A stretch of DNA of 63,967 nucleotides, the filler included, from Pelomyxa schiedti (lineage: Eukaryota; Protista; Evosea): NCBI GenBank assembly GCA_020536535.1. It is 11 parts of 11 records of this genome, joined end to end, with 100 filler letters (N's around TTAATTAATTAA, not from the genome) between each part and the next. Parts side by side here need not be neighbours in the genome. Positions count along the whole stretch, not along the records: positions 24,201 to 36,214 come from JAHLWZ010001225.1; positions 36,315 to 42,093 come from JAHLWZ010001473.1; positions 42,194 to 44,882 come from JAHLWZ010001923.1; positions 44,983 to 49,750 come from JAHLWZ010001555.1; 7 more parts are not named here. The stretch is one strand, 5' to 3'. The notes under the pieces were generated by a model. That model was given only the letters and a program-made list of their open reading frames with translations, had not been told where the DNA came from and searched no databases. A program made the position numbers and the translations under genes. Below are positions 34,791 to 45,586 of the stretch, one piece after another; positions within the stretch are counted from its first letter, which is position 1, and each line of letters opens with the position of its first letter.

Positions 34791-36214
34791 TTATAACTTG
34801 AGGGCTCTTCCATGAGGCTTTGATGGTGGTTGAGAGGAGTGAGTGGCAGAGGAGGGAGCAGTCTCGATGTAAAGGTGGAGGTCACCAGTGTGCTCAACGA
34901 TGTCATCATAGAACCACTGTGGGAATCCCGGCTGGTTGGGGAATGCGGCCTGGCCATAACCGTTGGTGGCAAACTCCCCGTTCTCCTCAACCTTGATGTT
35001 CCCATCCATGTATTTCATCAACAGGTACCTGTTGGTGTGTTGTTTCGGTTGGTTGGTTGGATGTGTGCAAACGCATAAATGCAAACGCAAACCTGTCAAG
35101 GTCCACCCATCTCTGGAACGCTCGGGCACCGGCTGAGACGGAGTATGATGTAAGGTATGCAACAGCGGCGTCAGGATTGGTCTTGTAAAGGCCTTGTGCA
35201 GTCGCATCGACGCTGGCAATTTGGCCAAGGAACTCTTCTTCCAACTCGCCCTGAGCAGTCTGAATGTCAGTGATCATGTAATTGTATCTCAGGTACGCAA
35301 AGTTGGAAACTCTGTTCCACAGCCAGAACCCTGACGTTTCTGTGGTTCTTGTTAGTGAGAAAAACAAGAAGGGAAAGGACGGGAAAACACCTGAATAAGT
35401 GAGCATGTCACCGTTGCCCTGCTTGAAGTTCTCGGGAACTTCGGTGATGCTGCAATACATCGGCATGTACACGCTCGTTGCTGTGTCGTCAACCCCAAAC
35501 CAGAAAATTCCTCCAATGGGATCAGGGAGCCATGATCGTTGCTAAAATTCAGTGAGGTTGGAAAGGCAAAGAGTTCTCACACCTGTGCAATAAAGGAGAA
35601 TCCGGTTTGTTGTGTGCCAACAGCTCTTTCGTTAAAATATGTTTGGCCTCCAGAAGTGAAAGTCATTGGCCTCCACCTGTATGGCCTCAAGCCATCTCCT
35701 GAACCGGGGGTGTCATGAAGATCAATGCCAGTTCCCTGTAGTTTCAGTAAATTCAAATCTGAAAAGGAAAGGGATGAACCTCAAAGTGATCGCGCATGGC
35801 ATCAAAGATATCTGCCTGTTTCAATTTACGTGAGGGAAGAACCCAAAGCGGCATTCGATTTGTGGCATAACCGTTGTCGTCCCAGGTAATATCTGGTTTA
35901 TGTTACAAATATTGGAAAGTGGTTAGAAGAAGTACCTCCATAAATATAGTTGTAGTACTGATCTATGGAGGATCCAACAACATGCCGGAAAAATGCATAT
36001 ACACGGGACTCACAAGTTCGGGCAGACATAACAGTCACGGGATTGTAGGTATCTAGTCAGCACTGTAAGTTCAGTTGTGTTATCAGGTATCGCACCAGAG
36101 AAACTGAACTCATCATCGGTTCCATCAAACCAGCCTTGAGCACGAGCAAAGGAAATCACATCGTCACCAAACAGGGTGTCGGGATCATTCTTTGGCAGTT
36201 GGGTGATTCGTGCT
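34791..36214 (-). CDS. Peptidase family C69 dipeptidase, bacterial-like sequence with introns (5' partial)
   Basis: ARITQLP..DVISFARAQGWF..FSFS, CESRVYAFF, RMPLWV, MRDHFE, PYRWRPMTF, ERAVGTQQTGFSFIAQ, GGIFWFGVDD, FWLWNRVSNFAYLRY, KYMDGNIK. Confidence 0.92.
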
Positions 36215-36314
36215 NNNNNNNNNNNNNNNNNNNNNNNNNNNNNNNNNNNNNNNNNNNNTTAATTAATTAANNNNNNNNNNNNNNNNNNNNNNNNNNNNNN
36301 NNNNNNNNNNNNNN
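36215..36314. other. Artificial contig spacer
   Basis: 44 N + TTAATTAATTAA + 44 N. Confidence 0.99.
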
Positions 36315-37308
36315 CACACTGGAATCCAATCCTTGTCCTGTTGTGAATCACGGTGCACGGGTGTACAAGGTCATCGGTTGAGAACACCTCGAGCCTGTGG
36401 TTGCAGTGTGTCACTTCAACAAAGTGCCGTGAGTCAACCTTGTGTGGTTGTGACTTGCACACCTTCAGAACCTTGTATTGGCAGTTAGGTTCCAGGCAAT
36501 GGAGGTGGTAATTTGACCCAAGAGTCAGGGCCTTGTGGTTGTTGGAGAACATTATCCCTGTTGTACCACGAAAGCCCCGCACCTGTTCTTTGATAGACAG
36601 GATTCCACAGGAATATGTTTCCTTGATGTCGACGAACATCACCCATGTTTCTTCACCCAGCAAACTACAGCAAAGTGCGGCCTCATCGTCCCCCCTCTGA
36701 GTAAAATCGATCCAAAAGGCATCGACATTCCCCATGTTCAAGGACACACAACTAACAGTGTGGTTTCCCGATGCACCCAAAGCACAAATCAGCAAACGAC
36801 CAGCTCTGACGTGCAGTGCCCACTTGTCGTTGCAAACAAACCCACCAACCGCCATGTGAGGCAGCCAGCACACAACCCTCGGCTCCGCTGTGGCGTCACT
36901 GAGATCCAGCACCTTGTGTCTGTCGTGCCCGCATAGGCCATTGACCCCCGCCAGTGTGTCGGACAGCCACCCGACGCAGCCGAGTCGCACACTCCAGGGC
37001 GCCACGTCGACCAGCCCGCCCGTCGCGGAAAACGCCGCCACCCAGAACTTCACGTCCAGCTCGTACGAGAGCCTCACTGCGATGCCTGCGTGGGGCGGGA
37101 GCACCCAGCGCCTGCCGATGTCGTCTGCGAGGAGGGAGCGGGGCAGGACGCGGGCGGGGCTGCCGCTGCCGCACCTCGGGATAACGAGGGCCGCGGCCAG
37201 GGCGACGAACTGGTGGCGGGCCCACAGAGCGTGGGCTGGCGCTGCAGACTGCGAGCGGAGGCTCACTATTGGGGGATCCTCGGATCGGCCGTCGTTGGCG
37301 TCCTGCAT
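36315..37308 (-). CDS. 'RCG..SPAR' family protein, tandem copy A (3' partial)
   Basis: WARHQFVALAAALVIPRCGSGSPARVL..IGRRWV; GFVCNDKWAL; HKVDSRHFVEV..LEVFSTDDL. Confidence 0.75.
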
Positions 37309-37709
37309 GCCTCGTGGGTTCTCTGAAATGCAATCAGAGTTTTGTGGCAGAATAGAGTTGTGGGTTCTGTGTTGGTCAGTGTACTTTCTGGATCTTTTTT
37401 GTGGTGTGTTGTTTGGCACAAGGACACCTTTCGAAAGAGCAGACTTGATTTGTGGGGTTAAGGGAAAGTAAAAACCAAAGCCGTACAACAGTGTAGTATG
37501 CATCGAGATTCCCCAACTACACTATACTTCTCCATCCCCCACATAGAAAAGCAGCCAGTTATAAGAGTAGTTGTGGGTTTGTAGTTTCCATGTGGAGAGA
37601 TTCACCCACTGACAGAGTTCTAGGCCGACTAAGAATGCATTTGTCCACCAGAACTTAACCAAGTTGTTCCTACGATGCTACAACGCCCGTGCGGAACGGA
37701 AGAGAACAT

Positions 37710-39474
37710 TCATTCTTGTGGACTTAGCATGTGTTGTTCTAAATTAAACACACCCACAGGCCAAATCCTTAAGGTATCCTCCTTAAAACCAGAGGGAACA
37801 GGTTGGTTAAGAACCACTGTGCCAGTGAGAGCATCAACAAAGACGAGCCTGTCATCCTCCTCAAGGAAGACAATGAATCCACCACCACACTGGAATCCAA
37901 TCCTTGTCCTGTTGTGAATCACGGTGCACGGGTGTACAAGGTCATCGGTTGAGAACACCTCGAGCCTGTGGTTGCAGTGTGTCACTTCAACAAAGTGCCA
38001 CGAATCAATCCTGTGTGGTTGTGACTTGCACGTCTTCAGAACCTTGTGGCACGTTGGTGTCAGAGACTGTATACTGTACTTAGACATTGCAACAATGGCC
38101 TTCTTGTCGCTGGAATGCATGATGCCTGGTAAACAAAAGTGGCCCTTCAATTTCTCCTTGATGCACAGTTTTCCACTAGAATGCGTTTCCTTGATGTCCA
38201 CGACAGTAACTGCCATGTCTCCGCCTTCCCACCAGCAAATTGCAGCCTCGTCAGAGTCCCTGTCTGTCAAACAAATCCACTGAGCATCCGCAAGGTACAA
38301 GTTCAAGTCGACAGTCTTAAGGCCCTGGTCCAAGGCACATAATCCTAATAGCAGGGTAGGATTATGATTGTGCCGGGCCAAGTGAAAATATGGTGGCAGA
38401 TGCTGAGTGTGTTGCAATAATTTCAGAGCTACTGCAGACACTTGAACTTGCACCATTCCTCATTAAAGTTGCTATAACTTTGGGGTTAATTTCTTTCTAA
38501 ACATCTGAAGGTGAACAACCGGCAATTGTTGGATTTGTACCTTAGGCACTGTGGAGTTACTCCAAACAACATCAGAACCGTGTGCAGTTCCATTGACAAG
38601 CTGGATAAGACTCGCCCCCCCGGTGTAATTTTTGATTCGTCGTCGTTATCGGTGCTGAGAGCCGGAGTTTCGTGTCTGCGGCAGTGTAAATGACATTCAG
38701 TCGGTTATTCGTTTGGGTGGTTCGGGTCGCTGCCGCTGACGCCGTCTGTACTGTGTGTTGTGTGCATTTTTTTTCTTTCGTCTGCACCAACGACAAAAGC
38801 AAAAACAAACCGCCCAACAACAGCAGCAGCAACAGCGACTGCAAAACAACAACTTCAAGTACCCATGATCAACGACCATTGCCGCGTGAACTTGGGGTAT
38901 TGCCACCGCCTTGTTTGGTGTTTCCTTTTTTTGTTGGTGTGTTTTTGGAATGTTACTCTTGAAGGAAGACTGCGCTCCGTCGTCATCTGCAGAGCCCACT
39001 TGCTGTTGCAAGCGAACCCACCGCACCTCATCCTAGGCATCTCGCACGCCACCCACAGGTCCTCAGGGTCGCGGCAGTCGATCACCACGTGGCTCTGGCC
39101 CCAGGCACAGGACCCCTTGACGCCAACCAGTGTGTCCGACAGCCACGTACACGCCCCACGGCGCCACGTCGACCACCCCGCCCGTGGCCGACAGCGCGAC
39201 CACCCAGAACACCGCACCACCACCACAGGCGGCGGCGGCGGCTGCCGTGGACGGTCGGTCGCCCGGCGACCACAGCCCGTTGCTTGGACATCACCCAGGG
39301 CCGGCCTATTTCGGATGCAACGAGGGGGCAGGGGAGGGCGCGGGCGGGGCTGCGTCGGCCGCACCTCGCCACGAACGCGGCAGCAGCCAGGGAGGTGAAC
39401 TGGTCGCGTGCCCACAGCGCACCGAGCGGTGCCGACAATGTCGAACGCAAGCTGGTGACGGGAGAACGGCGCAT
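37710..39474 (-). CDS. 'RCG..SPAR' family protein, tandem copy B (two coding blocks)
   Basis: WARDQFTSLAAAAFVARCGRRSPARAL..IGRPWV..GFACNSKWAL. The 37710-38456 block is paralogous to the C-terminus of copy A. Confidence 0.7.
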
Positions 39475-39764
39475 CGCTGATTTTTTTGTCGGCAGGGTGC
39501 GGCCGTGATGATTCGCATCACTGGTTGAATCTCTGATAAAAAGAAGGCTAAACGAGAAAAAGCTTCGAAGTCACCAGAAAAGCCACCAAACACACGTCTC
39601 TCACCAAGAACTTTTTTGCCTAGTTGGGGAAAACCCATTCATGCAATGAACTTTTTTTTTCCCTGGGAAGTTCAATTTCTGATACTTGGCAATAGTCAAG
39701 GTAGAGGCAGCCCTTCATACAGAGTTTTTACATTAAATCAAACTTTACACATAAGTTGGAAGCC

Positions 39765-41032
39765 TCATGTCAGTCCAAAATATTGCATGAATGTGTTTGT
39801 TGCAAAGTCCCTAGTTTTACAGAAGTGTGAATGCCATGTGAAAAATGTATAAAGTACCTTTGAGCAAGTGGTGTTTCATTGGGATCACATGGTGAAGGAA
39901 GATTTGTCTCAGGGATTGCAAAGCCAGTTCCTGAACTCATTGCTGAAACCTCGGCTGCATTTTGCATCAAATCCTCGTTTTCTGAATACTTTTAAAAGAA
40001 TGAATGACGAGTAAGGAGACAATCTTACCGGTGCTGGTGCTATCTGTTGTGGTTGTGGTACCTCCTCCGGCCCCAACAACTGCTGCTAAACCATTCCATA
40101 GAACTTTTTCAGGTATAATTTTCAGAACCATTGACCCCATATAAGCTGCACGATTTATATAAGAAGGCATGAGGGATCTCGGACCCATGCACCCACACCC
40201 TACTTCCTCAAATACGCTGGAGACAAACTGCTCTGAGAAGGAGTTGCAGTTCCTGGAAAGGGTTAGACAATGCGATATTTGAGGTTATATTGCCTGTGGA
40301 TAGGGTGGTAAGAGTTGCCCCGAAAAGAGAGTGTTAGAGCATCTAGTACAACTTTTATATGAGCAATGGTCCTCGGAGTATTTGGAAGGTAGCCTACAGT
40401 GATACTCTCTCTTGATGCGTAAATGAGTTTGTAGAGAGGAAAAAAAAAAGGAATTTCATGGAATACCTCAATGGCATACACATCAAAGCAGTGGTGTGAT
40501 CTATACAAACAACCCCAGTATATGGAAATGGGTGTCCCTGGAACCAATACTCTTTCCTTCCCAGTATTAGTTGCAACATAACATTCATCACAACAAGTGA
40601 TACCCATTCACTTCCACCCCAGAGTGATACAATCCAAGCCCCCAGGAATAATACCTATACAGGGGGAAAAAAGAAAAAAAAAGTCAACAACCGCTACATA
40701 CATCCCACAATAACACCACGACGCACGCACTTGTTGTTCAACTCCACGGCCAAGTCGTACACGTGCACGATTACAGGCAGCGGCCCGCCCCCGCCCGCCC
40801 CCGCTCCCGTGCTCGGCACGCCGGCGGGCTCGTCCCGCGGTGGCTCCGGCAGCGCCACCGCCGCGGGTTCCACGATCTCAGCCCCCACTCGTCGTGCCGA
40901 CACCGACCCCGGCGCCGGCCCCTCCGCGACATCGTCGTCTGTTACCTCCTCCTCGCTGGACAACAGTGGGGCTCTGTCGCCGTCTCCTACCGCCACGGCG
41001 GCGCCCTCAGCTGCATCGGTGTTGGTATGCAT
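39765..41032 (-). CDS. PPPDE/DeSI family desumoylating/deubiquitinating isopeptidase (DeSI2-like)
   Basis: VIVHVYDL, GLGLYHSGVE|..KEYWFQGHPFPYTGV, ESITVG, SFRGNSYHPIHR|NCNSFS, PSYINRAAY. Catalytic His and Cys are retained. Confidence 0.9.
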
Positions 41033-41075
41033 CACTGTAGGAAAAAAAAGGAAATCCCTGCTCACAAGAGGGGCA

Positions 41076-42093
41076 TTAATGATGGTCCGTGGCATTAGGC
41101 TTGGCAGTGGTGGTAGACTTGCGGGCCCATAATTTGGTCTCGTCTGGTACGAGTGGCGCGAGTATGCCCTCAACGAGTTGTGTGATTCTGTCCAGTGAGA
41201 TGCCGTGGTTCCTCATTGCGTACTCGATGTGAAGGGGCGATGTCGCCATCGAGAGTCCCAGCTTGCCAGAGACCAAGTTCTCGCCTGCGAGATCTGGAAA
41301 CACACGCTGCAGCACCTTCCACATTCGGAATGGAAGCGTCCTGTTTTCATGTAGCTGTGTTGTGGAATTAGTTCTAGTTTGAATGTGGGCAATCAACGAA
41401 AACGTCAACCTGATCAGAAGTTAAATGAACGTGGTTGATAAACCACTCTACTAAGCCTGTGCACCCAGTGGTAATCAGTCTACTAAGGGCAGTGCGTCTG
41501 TAGATATGTTCCTCAGTGATATGTGTATCACAGACAAGGCGTTTGAAAACTTTGCTACAGTGTATTTCAAACTGAAAAACCTCAAGGCAGGATGCACATT
41601 CCAAAGGTGTGAGAACCCCAGTAGAGACAACATGGTCCACAAGTGGGTTCCACCCAGTACTGAGCGCTTTTTCTACTATTTTCTTGAGGTTTTGGTGTCT
41701 GAATGGTAGCTGTGAAAAATTGAAGAGGCTTAACAAGAAAGACAAGGCAGAAGAATGTGAACAGCTCAACACGGTTGCTGCAGTCCCCTCGTCGATAATG
41801 CTCACAGGAACCCGGTCAAAGAACCACTTGATACCTCTTACATCACAGTGTGTGCAGTAACACTTACATATTTCCATCAGAGCGGCATTTGCTTTTTCAG
41901 TATTGACTGCCACATTCTTCTCCATAACATGGAAGTTTGCTTCCAACCAGTTTGCAACCATGATGTTGCAACATCGGAGTACTTTGCAAAGAGCTTTCTC
42001 TGTGATGGTGGGTGTGAGGTCCACCCCCTGGGACAGCACTTTCACACACTTCACATCGTCTTTAACGTTGCAACACACAGAAAGAAAAGTATC
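41076..42093 (-). CDS. Ankyrin-like expanded family protein (5' partial)
   Basis: NIMVANWLEANFH, DVRGIKWFF, SKVFKRLV, TGLVEWFINH. Final exon ends ETKLWAR. Confidence 0.7.
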
Positions 42094-42193
42094 NNNNNNN
42101 NNNNNNNNNNNNNNNNNNNNNNNNNNNNNNNNNNNNNTTAATTAATTAANNNNNNNNNNNNNNNNNNNNNNNNNNNNNNNNNNNNNNNNNNNN
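42094..42193. other. Artificial contig spacer
   Basis: 44 N + TTAATTAATTAA + 44 N. Confidence 0.99.
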
Positions 42194-42744
42194 AAACTTG
42201 TGATGGCTACGTCTTGAAGGGAATTTGGGGTGTCCTTAAACATAGTGACGACCGAGTGGTCAGTGTCCTGGTGGATGCCATTGCACTTTCCACAATTGAC
42301 AGGCTATTAAGGGCCAAGTAAGTCGAAAAGAGCAGGGACAAAAAGGGTATGGAGAATTACATCGACAGAAAAGTTCGCAAACATGCACTCATTGAAAGTG
42401 AGATCAGTGCTGCAACTTCTAAGGGAGCAATCACTCGGAACAACGTTGGAGCATCGAGACACCTATACAACTTAACTTTGGCATTTTAACGAAGGCACAA
42501 GCAGCAACCCAGCACAGTGCGCCACAACAGGAATACACCAAAACAACAATATATATGAAAAAAACGGCGATCGTACGCCGTATAGAGCAGCAGTAGCGGT
42601 CGCCAGGTTGAACATGTCATTCTCAACGGCGTCGATGAGCGCCTTGCACGCATCGTTGGGCTCCGCGTAATTGTTCGTATCCGCAACAACACCAACCGAC
42701 GTCAGTCCAACAACAACCGCAACCAACCACACCACCCCCATCAA
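42194..42744 (-). CDS. Secreted Cys-rich protein, N-terminal part (3' partial)
   Basis: Signal-peptide-like MMGVVWLVAVVVGLTSVGVVA, then Cys-rich exons (RCSNVVPSDCSLRSCSTD, NCGKCNG). Confidence 0.55.
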
Positions 42745-43049
42745 CCTCCCCTTTTTCTGGTTATGTTTCTGTGTGATGGGGCCGAAACCTTCCTCTGTAC
42801 CGAGGAAGATCTCTGCTTCTAGAGATCTCTCCCAGAAAAAATGGGGGGAATTCGAGAGGCGTGCGCACCCTGCTGAGTTGTCAAAAGGAATTTGGGTTAG
42901 AAAATAGCTGGCACTAAGGCAAAATCACTTTTTGTTTGGTTAATTAATATGTATGTACATAGTCACAGTAGTGGGATCAATGCATAACAAGTGCCTGTAG
43001 CTGATTAAGTTGTGTTTTGTCCTCATCAGGTGACATTCCGGCAAGGGCC

Positions 43050-44245
43050 TTGATTATCTGTTGGGGTTGTTAGTGCGGAATGATTGTTTGCAGGATGCAA
43101 CCTCGTTATTGAGTGAGGTTTTTTCATTCCTGGGCAATCTTCTCAGAATGGGTTCCATTGAAAGTAACAGCTCACACGCTCTGTCTCTTACATCGGGATT
43201 TATGATAGCAAGGCACTGCGAAATTTTATGTATAAATTCGATAGTTCCAACTGATTCCTAAGTAGAATTTAGTTAAACAGAAGTCGGTCAAATGTATTGC
43301 AGCCGTACCGCAAGTGTTGGTAGTAGTCTTAGCACATGTTTCAATACAAGGAGTGCTCTCATTTGAACTCCGCTATCTGGATCTGACACGAGTGTTGTCA
43401 AGGTCGCCAGATGTGGGTCCAGTGACAACAACCGGGTGGCACCAATAAGATTATCTCTGACAATGGCTGGAAAAGAAGTTAAGAATAGTGCAGGGATAAA
43501 GAAGCTCTGTACCGGAAACTGCACTCAACGCTTTCACGCGAAGTATATCCGGATTGTTCAGTAAGGTCACAGTAGCATCCAATGCCCCATGTCCGAGAAG
43601 CGAGGCTTGACCTTTTGGGTTATTCCCAGCAACAGTAGCAATAACCCAGAGAGCATTAGACCGTGCAGCAGGAGATACATTCGCATGTGTTGTGACAGCA
43701 ACAACCGGTGGTATTCCATTAATTTTCTCTAAGTCTAGCCAAAAAAGTATCAGAAATAGCCTTTTGAGTATTGAAGCAGTGCGTACCATTCGCGTTGTCA
43801 ATATCTTCTACATAGTATTGTATGGATGACAGAGCTTCCTCCACCTCACTCATATTTACAGTTGAACCAGATAAAAATGACTGCACAGTGCACACGTCCT
43901 TTATCATGTGTTGCACATCCCCCTCCAAGGAATCAAATGCCTCCCTCAACCAGCGGTAATCCTTTATAAAGTACATGTTATTTTTTGTTTGTTGTATCTT
44001 TATATATTTAATCATAATATGACTGATTGCACAAAAAAAAAAAAAAGAGAAAAAAAAACTCAACTTGGTGGTGACAAAGATTAATAGGGAGCAGGGAACA
44101 ACATGAATGAATTGTGGGGCGACAAACAAACATTAGGGTCCCTGTCAGGGATGACTGTGGGTCCATCGACCCTCCCGTGTTGCAGGCAAAACCTGAGCAG
44201 CCCCGTGTCAATGTCACTGAAGTCAATCCGACGATCTGACGCCAT
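43050..44245 (-). CDS. Hsp70 nucleotide-exchange factor, Fes1/HspBP1/SIL1 family (ARM repeats; 3' end approximate)
   Basis: GLLRFCLQH, DYRWLREAF..DVQHMIK, ALSSIQYYVEDIDNAN.LEKINGI, NALWVIATVAGNNPKGQ, RVKALSAVS|AIVRDN. Confidence 0.85.
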
Positions 44246-44379
44246 TTCGTTTGTTTTTTTTTTCCTGAAAGGTGATTTTCTTGTACTCCTTTCCTCTCTG
44301 AGAAAACCATGGTGGTTGCAAAGGGCTTCCCGACGATACTTCATCGGGTTTTCATTTAGGTGTAAGTACTGCAGCCATC

Positions 44380-44882
44380 CCTCATGATTCACACGATCAA
44401 GGGTGCTCTGGGGGAGACATGAGGGCGATTCCCTCACCAGGTTTGTTAGTCGACATGATTCTCCGGAAGCGGTTCCTGTTGATCCACAGCGCAATTGCGC
44501 CGGCAATGCCCGCTGACAACAGAATGCACCCAACAGCCACAACAACCGTCATCTTGATCACAAACTCATCAATCCCGCCACTGTCATATTCACTCCACGC
44601 TCTGCCGTTTGTTTTGTGTGTTAGGTACTTGAGTCGGTGTGGGTAAGTGTGTGCTAGTGTTGTTGTGCCGGTGTGTGATGAACAGCGCCAGTGTGCGGAA
44701 TGTGTGAAAGAGTGGAAGGAATCATTTAATCATTTAATCATATAATATGTTGTTGCCAACATACGTGCATGTAGAATTGGGCAAATCGCTCCACGGAAGC
44801 CACGCATCATACGGGTTGCCTGCCGGGTTTGAAACGTTGTCCGTTGGATACAATGTGTTGAGGTCCGGGACCACCGAGGGGT
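44380..44882 (-). CDS. C-terminal exons of a single-pass membrane protein (5' partial)
   Basis: NPYDAWLPWSDLPNSTC, then an intron, then the hydrophobic MTVVVAVGCILLSAGIAGAIALW followed by basic residues. Confidence 0.45.
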
Positions 44883-44982
44883 NNNNNNNNNNNNNNNNNN
44901 NNNNNNNNNNNNNNNNNNNNNNNNNNTTAATTAATTAANNNNNNNNNNNNNNNNNNNNNNNNNNNNNNNNNNNNNNNNNNNN
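44883..44982. other. Artificial contig spacer
   Basis: 44 N + TTAATTAATTAA + 44 N. Confidence 0.99.
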
Positions 44983-45402
44983 CTTCACAGCAGGCAATGA
45001 CTCCCCCCAATCACGACGTTGTTCGCCCGCAACTGCACAACAATCTCGAGTTGTTCCATTTCTTCTACCCTCGGTATCAGTTGCTTTGTCATTGTTGCAG
45101 TTGCAGCTGCTGTGGTTTTTGTCACAGCACGGCGCTTCCCTGTTGACTACGAGCCAGGCGACACAACGGGGGGCAGGGACACTGGCAGCACTCGTGATCG
45201 CAGAGTATCGAGACACGTTTCTAGATCGGCACAGCGCGATTGCCCTGGAGCACACGACCCCGACCAGGGGGAACATCGCCTCGCCGACACTGAACAGGTC
45301 CAGGTTGTGGCGCCAGTGTTCGTACTTGGACTTGTGGTCGTCGAGCCAACCAGGTCTCACCACCATGTCCAACACAACCCGTGAAACTTCGAGAACACGC
45401 AA
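44983..45402 (-). CDS. Ankyrin-like expanded family, N-terminal part (3' partial)
   Basis: LEVSRVVLDMVVRPGW..FSVGEAMFPLV..AITSAASVPAPRCVAWLV matches the N-terminus of the 22955 gene. Confidence 0.65.
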
Positions 45403-45586
45403 CGAAAGGTCAATACCTGGAAGTAATGTTGTTGGCGCAAGTACTACCAGAGTGATTATGGGACGACAGCTACGTACGGTTGCTTGACGCCAAGGCCATC
45501 ACAATCAACAACAGAAATTTTCAGCGAAGGGGGGAAGAAATCGATTCTTTTTGTTGTTTTGCAGACGAAAAGCTCGGTTGGGCGTC

